This document shows positions 27,388 through 36,835 of a stretch of DNA of 64,000 nt, piece after piece. The translations under genes and the position numbers were made by a program. Source of the stretch: a virus; IMG/VR virus record IMGVR_UViG_3300027836_000009, positions 1-64,000 of that record; one strand, given 5' to 3'. The notes under the pieces were generated by a model, which did not search any database, had not been told where the DNA came from, and saw only the letters and a list, made by a program, of their open reading frames with translations. Numbering within the stretch: position 1 is the first letter of the stretch; each line of letters begins with the position of its first letter.

Positions 27388-29178
27388 ATGAGTCTTTTAA
27401 ACTACCAAAAATTTATATTAAATGAAGTTAGTATATTTAAAGATAAGTATAAAAAAGGAGGAGGTAAAAGTTTTACATTAAACACAACGTCTTCAAATTC
27501 AGACGCTGTAGAATTTGCGAATTTAATTATTGCTCAAGGAGCTGACGGAAATGGTGAATATCAAAGAGTTGATTATGATGAAAACGCGCCTACTATTAAT
27601 TGGAAAGGGGGAACAACGCATTCTATAACTATAGAAGATAAAAACGGTAAACGATTTAATCTATCATCTAATAGTAAAGATATATTGGGATATGTTTGTT
27701 TGGAATATAGCGAAAAATCTTTAGGCGGGAAACTTGATGCTGCAAAATATGAACAAGGAATTGTTTACTTTTATAATACTCAAGTTATGGGATTAGACGA
27801 AGATCAAGCTATTGCGCAAGGATCTCTTAATGATTCTGATACAGGATGGTTTACTAAACTTGAGAAAACATGTTTAGGCGTTGCTAAACAATTAGATTCT
27901 AATTTAGGACCTTTAATTTGGTCAGGAAGCGATTCTGTAAATACTAGTGCTGACTGGAAAAGCAGCGATAAAACGCCTAAGACTGACGTATATTCAGGAA
28001 AATCAAATAGCGGTAAGTTTTCTGTTAAAAAAACAGGTGGCTCACAATTAATGAGCGGGACTACTGAAGCAAAAGATGTGTTTAACGCTGCGCTTCAATA
28101 CTATAATCACTTTGAGAAAAAGAAATCTATCGTGTCTCCTGCTTTTATTGAAAATTTATCAAAAAAGGTTTCATATGTAGTTAAATCTGAAGAAGGCATT
28201 CAAAAACTTAAAGCAAATGCTCAAGAAGCATGGGTTTCTTTTAGATTAGGAACAGTATTAGATACAATACGCAAAAATAAACTTACATTGCCTATTGTTT
28301 TTCAAAAAGATCCAAATCGCCCAGCAACTGATAAAGCAATATCTGACGCAGCAGACGCTCACACAAAAGCTGAATTTGCATCAGCAGGAATTGGTGATAG
28401 ACGTGGAAATTGGGAAAGCAATTTAATTAAAGGCATTGATGACGGCCAGAAAATTTTTAATGGCTGGTGGGAAAAATCTTATTTGCCTACATTAGCATCT
28501 GTGCAGAAAGATGTATTATTAACAACCGTTTTAGAAGCTACTCAAGATCATCGTGAAGTACAAGAATCTTTAAGGGATGTTTTTCAAAATGATCCTGATT
28601 TTTTAAAGTGGCTTATTTATGAAGCCGCAACAGGGCAAGTAAAATTTAGCGGAAATGTCAATATTGATTCATCCACTGGTGTTACAGCAATTGCTGATAA
28701 GTTTTTGATATTTAATGATACTGGACTTGCTGAGCCTATTGCACCAATTACTATTGGATGGGCTAAGGATCATATTAAAGAAGTTAAAACAACGGTAGGG
28801 TTTAAGTCATCAGGAAGTAGGTCAGCTTCATCTATAAGATTAGCGATAGGTGGTAAATTAGACGAAAGTGAATCTCTTCAATTATCAGGCATGGAAAGAA
28901 TAATTTTTGAAGAATTTAATAAACTAAATAATGATTTATTAGCATTAAATGAATCCTTTATTGATTCTTTTAAGAAAACACTTAATAACGTAAAAACTTT
29001 TGCGGCTCAAACTTGGACTGCTGTGACAAACGCAATTTCTTATTTTTATCAAAATATAATAGTAAGAATTTCTAAAGCATTTACAGATGTATTCAGTCAA
29101 GGAATTGATGCTATATGTAGTTTTTTTGGTTTTACAATAGACGGAGCAGTTGACGGAGAAATTAACATAAGTTTTTAA
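27388..29178 (+). CDS. Putative internal head protein with a restriction-endonuclease-like domain
   Basis: MSLLNYQKFILNE; YEQG...TPKTDV...FSVKK..GSQLMSG. Confidence 0.55.
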   Translation: MSLLNYQKFILNEVSIFKDKYKKGGGKSFTLNTTSSNSDAVEFANLIIAQGADGNGEYQRVDYDENAPTINWKGGTTHSITIEDKNGKRFNLSSNSKDILGYVCLEYSEKSLGGKLDAAKYEQGIVYFYNTQVMGLDEDQAIAQGSLNDSDTGWFTKLEKTCLGVAKQLDSNLGPLIWSGSDSVNTSADWKSSDKTPKTDVYSGKSNSGKFSVKKTGGSQLMSGTTEAKDVFNAALQYYNHFEKKKSIVSPAFIENLSKKVSYVVKSEEGIQKLKANAQEAWVSFRLGTVLDTIRKNKLTLPIVFQKDPNRPATDKAISDAADAHTKAEFASAGIGDRRGNWESNLIKGIDDGQKIFNGWWEKSYLPTLASVQKDVLLTTVLEATQDHREVQESLRDVFQNDPDFLKWLIYEAATGQVKFSGNVNIDSSTGVTAIADKFLIFNDTGLAEPIAPITIGWAKDHIKEVKTTVGFKSSGSRSASSIRLAIGGKLDESESLQLSGMERIIFEEFNKLNNDLLALNESFIDSFKKTLNNVKTFAAQTWTAVTNAISYFYQNIIVRISKAFTDVFSQGIDAICSFFGFTIDGAVDGEINISF

Positions 29179-29203
29179 CAAAAGAAATTAAAGATAAACG
29201 ATT

Positions 29204-29272
29204 AGGACCGTTTGCTTGTTACGACAAGTTTAGACTGCAGAGATTCGCTATCATCTGCAGTCTTCCTTTTTT
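29204..29272 (+). ncRNA. Candidate structured RNA (three-way junction) that may also act as a terminator
   Basis: AGGA/TCCT closing stem; CTTGT-TACG-ACAAG hairpin; AGACTGCAGA...TCTGCAGTCT hairpin; T-run. Confidence 0.45.
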
Positions 29273-29273
29273 A

Positions 29274-29299
29274 GAACTATTTCAAATTGATGAATATAA
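29274..29299 (+). promoter_or_regulatory. Class A promoter
   Basis: GAACTA-N12-GAATATAA. Confidence 0.7.
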
Positions 29300-29315
29300 T
29301 ATAAAAATCATAATT

Positions 29316-29555
29316 ATGTCAAACGAAAATTTAGAAAAATTAGAAAAATTAGAAAACATAACATATCCTGATTGGGATAACGTTATCGTACAATTGTGCC
29401 AAGGTGAAAAAGGAATTGCTAACATCAAAATGCAACGTCAAGATATGGAAGCAATTCAAGCATTACATGGAAGTGAAAGAACTGAAGTTATTGAAATGAT
29501 GCTTCAAGCACTTGAAGAACAAGTTAAACAATCTGAACCAACACAAGAAGATTAA
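29316..29555 (+). CDS. Hypothetical protein
   Basis: 79-aa ORF after a promoter. Confidence 0.7.
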   Translation: MSNENLEKLEKLENITYPDWDNVIVQLCQGEKGIANIKMQRQDMEAIQALHGSERTEVIEMMLQALEEQVKQSEPTQED

Positions 29556-29881
29556 TGCCTTACGTAAAAGATTTTACGGAACTTACAGGTAAAGGATCTT
29601 TTAGTATGGAAGTTCCTAATTGGGTGCCTTTAACGATTGAATATGGATATGATCGTATAAGTTTAGCAACATATTTTTTCTGGCGCATATCAGGAACACA
29701 ACACACCTTTCGTATTAATTATAACGATTTAATGACAGAAACAAATGGGAATTTGGAAGAACATATTTCAACGTTTCTCAAAGGATTCAGAAACGACTAT
29801 CTTACCTGGGCCCGAGACGGTTTCTCCGTTGACTGGATGCGAGAATACCACAGAGAATACAGAAATTTTATTGAACTTTAA
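29555..29881 (+). CDS. Hypothetical protein
   Basis: TAATG coupling. Confidence 0.7.
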   Translation: MPYVKDFTELTGKGSFSMEVPNWVPLTIEYGYDRISLATYFFWRISGTQHTFRINYNDLMTETNGNLEEHISTFLKGFRNDYLTWARDGFSVDWMREYHREYRNFIEL

Positions 29882-29909
29882 AGAGGGAATATATACTAAA
29901 ACAAAAACA

Positions 29910-30488
29910 ATGAGTGATATTAAAACTTTCCAATGGCTTAAAGGCGAAAGATCAGGGGAATTCGTAAAATGGGATGGTACAATAGTTCAAGACGGGGATC
30001 TTAACTTTTTACAATTTGAAGACGGATCACGAGGTAACGAAAATTTATTAAACGATTTTTTCATTGAGGTACCTAGTGAACACGAGCCTTTTTACATTAC
30101 GGAAAAAATGGAAAATAAGTATGCACAGGATGTTCAAACAATGAATGACCATTTGCATAATTCACATGAATTAAAACAACAAGATTCGTTTCCAGCACCC
30201 GGCATTTTTCAAACTAACACACAGCCAGATAACCCAATTGCTAAATTGTTAAAAGATAGTAAGAAAATAAAATCATCTATAGAAATTTCGATTGTAGTTG
30301 ACATACCACCGATTGAACTTATGAAGGTTTTGTCTGATTCTTATGACGATGGTGAAAAACGAGTTCTTGATTATTTGTCAAGCAGTTTAAGTTCAGAAGA
30401 TATTAAGAAACAAATAGCCCATCAGATTTGGGTAAATTCATTCGCAAAAAAGAAAACGAAAAGCACAAGAATAAATGAAGCAATATAA
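29910..30488 (+). CDS. Hypothetical protein
   Basis: Likely start ATG 29910 (MSDIKTFQW) after AATATATA. Confidence 0.7.
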   Translation: MSDIKTFQWLKGERSGEFVKWDGTIVQDGDLNFLQFEDGSRGNENLLNDFFIEVPSEHEPFYITEKMENKYAQDVQTMNDHLHNSHELKQQDSFPAPGIFQTNTQPDNPIAKLLKDSKKIKSSIEISIVVDIPPIELMKVLSDSYDDGEKRVLDYLSSSLSSEDIKKQIAHQIWVNSFAKKKTKSTRINEAI

Positions 30489-31017
30489 CGTATTATTTGA
30501 AGATAAGTGGTTTCAAGTTGTTGACATAGAAGGCCAGATAGGTTTAAAGAACAAAGAAATGTCAGTTGCTATTATGCCATATCGTGTAAACGAATTAGGA
30601 GTAATAACTGAAATAGGATTACTTAAAGAACTAAATTATTTTAGAGAAGGAAACTATGCACAAACACTTATCACAGGAACAATTGAAAAAGAAGACGATT
30701 CCCTTTTGTTAGCGGCAAAAAGAGAACTTCTTGAAGAAGGTGGATTTGAACTTACTGAAGATGATAACGAAAGATGGTTATTCTTAGGGCCTGTTTATTT
30801 ATATAAGACTAGTGACCAAATGATCCCCGTATTTGCTGTTGACGTAACTGGAGTTGAACAAAGAAAAGCAGACGGAGACGGATCGGTTAAAGAAGAAAAG
30901 TCTGAATTAGAAATGGTTGAAATAGGAAACGGAATTTCATCGTCTGAAGCATTAGTATTATCATCCTTCTTAAAACTATTTAATTATATGTACGCTAAAA
31001 CTTTAAATTATGTATAA
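30475..31017 (+). CDS. NUDIX hydrolase
   Basis: Nudix box GTIEKEDDSLLLAAKRELLEEGG. Confidence 0.85.
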   Translation: MKQYNVLFEDKWFQVVDIEGQIGLKNKEMSVAIMPYRVNELGVITEIGLLKELNYFREGNYAQTLITGTIEKEDDSLLLAAKRELLEEGGFELTEDDNERWLFLGPVYLYKTSDQMIPVFAVDVTGVEQRKADGDGSVKEEKSELEMVEIGNGISSSEALVLSSFLKLFNYMYAKTLNYV

Positions 31018-31363
31018 CAGAAAAGAAAGAAGAAATCTTGAAAAACGCATAGGTCTTTTTAAAGAAGTTAAAGATATGCCAGCTGATAAAAAAGCTGAGT
31101 TTTCAAGAAGAAAGCAAGAAGCAGGTCACCAAATTTATTTAAAGAATCTTGAAGATGTTACAAATAAATTAATGGAAGCTGAAGCAGAAAGATATTCACA
31201 ACAACTTGCAAAACTTGTAGAAAGTGGTATTGAACATTCTGACGCAGAAAAAATCCTGGAAAAAAACATCACAACTGAAGAAGCAAGAAAAGAAAAGTTA
31301 GCAGAACGTCGTGAAAGACAAGCCGCAGCTTACGCTGAAAAACTTGCAGCAACTAAAAAATAA
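31010..31363 (+). CDS. Charged coiled-coil hypothetical protein
   Basis: NRKERR N-terminus; E/K/A-rich. Confidence 0.7.
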   Translation: MYNRKERRNLEKRIGLFKEVKDMPADKKAEFSRRKQEAGHQIYLKNLEDVTNKLMEAEAERYSQQLAKLVESGIEHSDAEKILEKNITTEEARKEKLAERRERQAAAYAEKLAATKK

Positions 31364-31367
31364 CATT

Positions 31368-31826
31368 GTGCAATTGAATCTTTACATCACATTCGACGAT
31401 AAGTCAAAAATCAAAAAGTGTTTCTTAAACCTACGTAAGTATCTTATTATAGAAATCTCGGAGGTAATTGAAAGCTTAGGCTTTGACCAAAATGATTTAG
31501 ACGACTGTAAGTCGTTTATTATAAATCAAGAAATCTTAAAATTGATTAAGGATGGTAGTAGCGGTAGGAAATTATTAGGAATCGTTTATAGCAATCCAAA
31601 TCTTAACGATGAAATTGCTAGAGGAATAATTCATTACGTTGAAGAAGTTAAAAATATTGAAAAAGCAATATTCTTAACTGACAAAGATGTACATGATGAA
31701 TTTATTGAACTATTTGAAGAAGCTATCTTTTACCCTACAATGAAAAAGGTTCATATTGTTGAATGCAAAGTTGTTCCTATTGTCTGGCTTGACCGACTGA
31801 ATGAATTAAACGAAGAATTTATATAA
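31368..31826 (+). CDS. Hypothetical protein
   Basis: Likely GTG start at 31368; ends at the terminator. Confidence 0.65.
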   Translation: MQLNLYITFDDKSKIKKCFLNLRKYLIIEISEVIESLGFDQNDLDDCKSFIINQEILKLIKDGSSGRKLLGIVYSNPNLNDEIARGIIHYVEEVKNIEKAIFLTDKDVHDEFIELFEEAIFYPTMKKVHIVECKVVPIVWLDRLNELNEEFI

Positions 31827-31858
31827 AAAAACTGCAGGTTTAAACCTGCAGTTTTTTT
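31825..31858. terminator. Bidirectional terminator between convergent genes
   Basis: Perfect palindrome AAAAAAACTGCAGGTTTAAACCTGCAGTTTTTTT. Confidence 0.9.
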
Positions 31859-32052
31859 TATTCCTCATCATTATCTTTTGGCTTCTCAAGTTTTTCTTGA
31901 GTTTGCTGAATTGTTTTTAATAAGGTTTGCTTAGGACCCATATTTCTCATAGCCAATGGCTTATTAACTTTTGGCTTTGTTGTAAACGGCTTCTTTTCTT
32001 GTTGTTTACCCAATGACAAAAAGTCTCGAGTAAACTTGGCGTTTTGTTTCAT
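31858..32052 (-). CDS. Small basic hypothetical protein
   Basis: Coupled to the 32055-32306 gene; ends at the bidirectional terminator. Confidence 0.6.
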   Translation of the reverse strand: MKQNAKFTRDFLSLGKQQEKKPFTTKPKVNKPLAMRNMGPKQTLLKTIQQTQEKLEKPKDNDEE

Positions 32053-32054
32053 AA

Positions 32055-32306
32055 TTAATTAGGTATAGCTGGTGACGATTTAGGTTTCTCACCAGTTTTT
32101 AAATATCCTTTAATTGCTTGCATATTATGATGCGCAATCGTAATCTTATCTTGAACCCAAGCTTCTAAATCAACATCATCATTAATCATACCAGCGATAT
32201 CTTGAGCATCTTTTGATATTTCTTCCAATTTTGGTTTATACATAAACCCTTCAGACTCTTCGTTCATATCTTGAACGTATTCATTATAGCTTTTAACTGT
32301 ACTCAT
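32055..32306 (-). CDS. Putative internal head protein (CTS-like)
   Basis: MSTVKSYNEYVQDMNE; LEAWVQDKIT motif. Confidence 0.7.
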   Translation of the reverse strand: MSTVKSYNEYVQDMNEESEGFMYKPKLEEISKDAQDIAGMINDDVDLEAWVQDKITIAHHNMQAIKGYLKTGEKPKSSPAIPN

Positions 32307-32324
32307 TTTCGTTATACTTTATTT

Positions 32325-32361
32325 TATATATTTATGTGTCATTTACATAAAGTAATATATA
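32325..32361. promoter_or_regulatory. Divergent pair of class B promoters
   Basis: AATATATA on the - strand (32325-32332) and + strand (32354-32361) between divergent genes. Confidence 0.55.
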
Positions 32362-32382
32362 GAAAAAATAGCAAGTATAATA

Positions 32383-34677
32383 ATGGCTACAGGCACGAAT
32401 GCACAAGCAACCAACCCGCCATCTCCTCCCTATCTGATAGAGATTGTTGGTCCATCTGCTTCCGGTTTACAAGTAAATTACTTAACTGAACCACCTTTTA
32501 TTAATCAAGAAACACCTGAGGAAGAACCTCAAGAAGATGATGTGCCAGTTCCTGAAGGCTCAACAGCAGAAACTTCATTATCAAGTAGTACAGGAACAAG
32601 TCCAGAAAGTGGAACAAGTGGTTCAACTGGAGCAGGAGCTCCTGTGGAGGACCCTGCAGCTTCAACAAAAATACCTGCATTTTTAAATAAGTCAGAAGCC
32701 GAAGTTAGGTCAACATATCCTACGGGAACTGTTTATCCTGAAGCAGCAGGAACTGGTGGTACTGCAACTATCGATACAACAACTGGAGATGATACAGGCA
32801 ATTCAGCTACGCTAGATGGTGACGGAGAAGTGCCTCTTGACCCAAGATTAATTTATCTTGTATCCGAACTTGATAATTCAGTTATCTATTCATTTTCATC
32901 AAAGGATTCGGTAATGGCACCACTATCTGACGGATTTGTTGTTAAAGATCCTAAAGATCCAAACACTGTTATAAGCGCAAATGATCCTAGATATACAGCA
33001 GATGATGCAAAAGGTTTAACCGAATTTTACGGCGTTCCTTCCATAATGAACTACAATGCTTACATTAACATTCAAGCAGCTGGAGGTAAAAACGGTAATA
33101 AGTTTTTAATTGACCGTGAAAATCAACCTAAGTTTTATGAATTTAGCGGAGGCGGTATTCAAAACGCGGAAACACCAGGCACAAACGATATCACAGTAAC
33201 GTCATTAGTTAATTGGGCACAACAAGATAGGAATCAAAAGTTCCCATATAAGTATCAAGATTTTGTATATCTTAAATGGTGGAAGAAAATTCCACTTAAC
33301 TATATGATTACTTTAAGAAGATACCCTGCACCAACAATTGACTCTGTAGGATCTGCTGAAGAAGCAAAAGGACAAGTTTCTAAAGATAAGCTATTACCTG
33401 TAGCAACAGCAATAACATTTTTAGGTGAAGACACAGGTAATAAAATATCAACGATTCTTGGTCCTATTGAAGCAGGCTTAAGATGGAAAGATGTTAAAGC
33501 AGATGTTTGGGAAGTTTCTTTTAACGGTTCTAAAGCATCAGCTGACTCACCAGCACCAGGATTAGCTAAAGTATTAGGTTTAATTAATGGTGGACCAGGC
33601 GGAGCAAATCCACAAGTTGATAACGGAACACCGCTTGACCCATATAATAATGGGCCTTACTCAAATAAAGTTCTTGGTCCTGTTACAGTTATTGACCAAG
33701 TTCAAGCTCGTGATCGTGGTGTTAATTTCAAACATGAACTAAGTCTTATATTTGAATATTCAGCAAGATCTATTGGTGGTATTAATACGAAAGCTGCAAT
33801 GTTGGATATAATCGGTAACTTAATGATACTTACGTATAATGAAGCTCAATTTTGGGGTGGTATGAACCGATTCATGCCTCAAGGCCAAGGCGGGGATCTT
33901 GACCCATTCTTAGGTGGCCCTGCTGGTCGTTCTGCTTGGCTAAACGGTAATCCTGAAGGATTCTTTAAAGCAGTAGGAGATCAGTTTACAAAAGCTTTTG
34001 ATACATTAGGTGATGTCTTTAATAAATTCTTTGAAGATCCTATTGGAGGACTGAAGGAGCTTGCGGGTAAAGGTATGCAAACTTACATGAAGTTAAACAC
34101 AACTGCAGCTAAAGGACAAATGCAAGGTATTCACTCATTATTAACTGGAGCACCAGTTGGTGAATGGCACGTTACGGTAGGTAACCCAATGAATCCAATG
34201 ATGATGATTGGTAACTTAATATGCACAGGAATTAAAATTGAATTTAATGATGAACTTGGCCCTGATGACTTCCCAACTGAATTAAAAGCAACAATCTCAC
34301 TTGACCATGGTATGGCTCGAGACAGATCAGGAATTGAGTCAATGTTTAACCGCGGTCAAGGTCGTTTATATTCATTACCTAAAGGTTACGAAGAATCTCT
34401 TTCATCGGTTAATATGACTGCAGTTGATAAAACAACAGGCAAAGACTACGGAGCTAATCCTAGTGAAGTTGAAGTAACAAAAAGTAGTACGCCTGGCACA
34501 AGTAATTCAAATGGCAGACCGAAAAGTAATGCAAGTAGGAGAAGCCCTTCAAGTGGTGACCCAGGGATTATTGATGGAATATTTGGTTACTATAAGCAAT
34601 CGTTTGTTCCTCGCGTAAAAAGTACTTCATCTGCAATTTATAGTCACGGTGTTAAATTCGTTGCAAGCAAAACTTAA
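32383..34677 (+). CDS. Putative baseplate/tail-tube-associated structural protein
   Basis: First gene of the baseplate module; C-terminal ICTGIKIEF...FPTELKATISL resembles tube-like domains; low-complexity N-terminus. Confidence 0.5.
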   Translation: MATGTNAQATNPPSPPYLIEIVGPSASGLQVNYLTEPPFINQETPEEEPQEDDVPVPEGSTAETSLSSSTGTSPESGTSGSTGAGAPVEDPAASTKIPAFLNKSEAEVRSTYPTGTVYPEAAGTGGTATIDTTTGDDTGNSATLDGDGEVPLDPRLIYLVSELDNSVIYSFSSKDSVMAPLSDGFVVKDPKDPNTVISANDPRYTADDAKGLTEFYGVPSIMNYNAYINIQAAGGKNGNKFLIDRENQPKFYEFSGGGIQNAETPGTNDITVTSLVNWAQQDRNQKFPYKYQDFVYLKWWKKIPLNYMITLRRYPAPTIDSVGSAEEAKGQVSKDKLLPVATAITFLGEDTGNKISTILGPIEAGLRWKDVKADVWEVSFNGSKASADSPAPGLAKVLGLINGGPGGANPQVDNGTPLDPYNNGPYSNKVLGPVTVIDQVQARDRGVNFKHELSLIFEYSARSIGGINTKAAMLDIIGNLMILTYNEAQFWGGMNRFMPQGQGGDLDPFLGGPAGRSAWLNGNPEGFFKAVGDQFTKAFDTLGDVFNKFFEDPIGGLKELAGKGMQTYMKLNTTAAKGQMQGIHSLLTGAPVGEWHVTVGNPMNPMMMIGNLICTGIKIEFNDELGPDDFPTELKATISLDHGMARDRSGIESMFNRGQGRLYSLPKGYEESLSSVNMTAVDKTTGKDYGANPSEVEVTKSSTPGTSNSNGRPKSNASRRSPSSGDPGIIDGIFGYYKQSFVPRVKSTSSAIYSHGVKFVASKT

Positions 34678-34692
34678 AATTAATCTCTATAT

Positions 34693-35310
34693 ATGTTACC
34701 ATTTTTATATACACAAGATACTAAAAAAGAAATAACTCACCCACAAACAGGTGTTAAATATGTTGATCTTTTAGAAAAAGATATTGTTTACGGTGATACA
34801 AATAATGGGCCACAAGGAGTTGCTTATTATCTTATCACCGCAGATACTGCAATGCGACCAGACTTAATATCAAAAAGCATGTATGGGAATTTTGACCAAG
34901 TTGAAAAAATGTTAAAATTTAACGGCATATCAAATCCTTTAAGTCTTGATGAAGGCGACATATTAATACAATGGGATATCTTTTCATTAGAACGTAATAT
35001 GAGAAGTCGTAATAATGAAGGGGAAGCTAAAATGGATGTAAGAAAACAATACATCACACCTGAAAAGAAATCAAAAATTGATCCTGCTTTACAAGAATTT
35101 AATAAAAGACTTACAGCTAAGAAAATTCCTGATACTGCGTTACCGCCTAATTACGCAAACTTTGGGGAAAAAGAAATTGAACTACGAAACGGAACAATGG
35201 TTTTTGGCGCTAATGTAAGTAAAAGTAGTAATGGTGCTGCTGGAAACGAACCTTTAGCAAGAACTGAATATATTAAAAATTTGGTGAATAACCGAAATAA
35301 TAACTTATAA
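34693..35310 (+). CDS. Baseplate wedge protein, T4 gp53/LysM-like
   Basis: MRPDLISKSMYG...LKFNGISNPLSLDEGDIL. Confidence 0.75.
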   Translation: MLPFLYTQDTKKEITHPQTGVKYVDLLEKDIVYGDTNNGPQGVAYYLITADTAMRPDLISKSMYGNFDQVEKMLKFNGISNPLSLDEGDILIQWDIFSLERNMRSRNNEGEAKMDVRKQYITPEKKSKIDPALQEFNKRLTAKKIPDTALPPNYANFGEKEIELRNGTMVFGANVSKSSNGAAGNEPLARTEYIKNLVNNRNNNL

Positions 35311-35312
35311 AT

Positions 35313-36818
35313 ATGGCAAATGATAAATCAGTCATAAGATCTCTATTTGGTCCAACTATAAAATTGGATGATATGGTATTAGAAGATTTATCCACAGGTA
35401 CGTCTGCTGAAGTTGATGCTAAAGGTGGAAAAAGCGGAAGACAATACCAAAATACATTAGGAACAGACTATCCTTTTATTATTATAAATAGTTACGTATT
35501 TAATGTTGGCGAAATTATTGACTTTGAAATTGATGCAGATGGCTTTTTGCCTAGTATTGACTTAACAGTATCAATGTCTAATACAGCTGGCTTTAAAACA
35601 ACAAAATTTCCAAAAGATGGGGATATCATATCTGTTTTTATTAGAGCAAAGAATGATGCGTTTAAACCGATTCGTAATGATTATTTGATAACATATGTTG
35701 ATAGTGGGCCTGGTAGTTCAGAAGGCCGAGGTTCAACAATAACATTAAGAGGAAGTCTTTTTATACCTCACATGGACGATGAAGTTATTAAATCATTTGA
35801 AGGTACTTCAGTTGATGTACTGCAAAAAATTTGTAAAGAACTGAAGCTAGGATTCGCAACAAACGAAGATACTACCGACGATTCACAAATTTGGATATGT
35901 CCAGGTGACACTCTAAGGAACACAATTACAAGTATTGTAGATCATGCTTACAAAGATGATAAAAGCTTTTTTAAATGCTTTATTGATGTTTTTTATCATT
36001 TAAACTTTGTTAATGTTAATACTCAAGTTGCTAGCGAAGGCAAAATGACTGCAGCCATACTTGACATTGTTTTTATGAAAGACGATAAGCCAGATCTTGC
36101 TTTAGAAAAATCTTCACAACAACAAGTTAAGAAATTCTTATGTGATATGGATAACTTTAAAGATACGAATATGTTTATTGAAACATACACAGTACAAAAT
36201 AATAGTTCTGACATATCAAAAAGATGGGGCTACAAAACGTTTGCCCAATTTTATGACCAACAAACACAGGATACTTGGAGCTTATATGTAGATCCTATTG
36301 TAACTGATGGCGCAAATGATACTGCAATCTTATTAAAAGGTAGACCGTATCCTAAAGCTGCTGATGGAACAGCTGAAGAAAAATATTGGGAAAAACAAAA
36401 TAGATATGTTTGGCTAGGTGTGCAATCAAAAAATTCACATGATATGTATCTTTATTCAGAAATCTGGAATAGAAGAAATCTTGAAGAACTTGACAAATTA
36501 TATATTGAAGCTCACGTTACACGTTGGAACCCAAACATATATCGAGGTGAAAAGATTCCTATCTTATTACATTCGTTTGGTGATATCAACGATAGGGTTG
36601 CCAACAGAACTCCCAATGATGCAAACTTACCTACTAGTGAAACTGCTCCTACAGCAAATCAATTCTACAGTGGATATTATATGGTTGATGGTATCAAATT
36701 AAAGTACACAATTTCTAAAACTGATACATCAAGTAGTCCACCAGCTGAAGGAACACCAGGTATGACACAAGTTTTTTTATTACGTAGAAGAGAATGGCCA
36801 ATTCCTGCTACCGGTTAA
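35313..36818 (+). CDS. Baseplate hub protein, gp27-like
   Basis: Position between gp53 and gp5; SFEGTSVDVLQKI...; YSGYYMVDGIK. Confidence 0.55.
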   Translation: MANDKSVIRSLFGPTIKLDDMVLEDLSTGTSAEVDAKGGKSGRQYQNTLGTDYPFIIINSYVFNVGEIIDFEIDADGFLPSIDLTVSMSNTAGFKTTKFPKDGDIISVFIRAKNDAFKPIRNDYLITYVDSGPGSSEGRGSTITLRGSLFIPHMDDEVIKSFEGTSVDVLQKICKELKLGFATNEDTTDDSQIWICPGDTLRNTITSIVDHAYKDDKSFFKCFIDVFYHLNFVNVNTQVASEGKMTAAILDIVFMKDDKPDLALEKSSQQQVKKFLCDMDNFKDTNMFIETYTVQNNSSDISKRWGYKTFAQFYDQQTQDTWSLYVDPIVTDGANDTAILLKGRPYPKAADGTAEEKYWEKQNRYVWLGVQSKNSHDMYLYSEIWNRRNLEELDKLYIEAHVTRWNPNIYRGEKIPILLHSFGDINDRVANRTPNDANLPTSETAPTANQFYSGYYMVDGIKLKYTISKTDTSSSPPAEGTPGMTQVFLLRRREWPIPATG

Positions 36819-36835
36819 AAATGAATATATAAATT

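Noticed and set aside
29204-29272. Hammerhead ribozyme or tRNA interpretation of the structured element
   Set aside because: No CUGANGA/GAAA core and no cloverleaf or T-loop motif.
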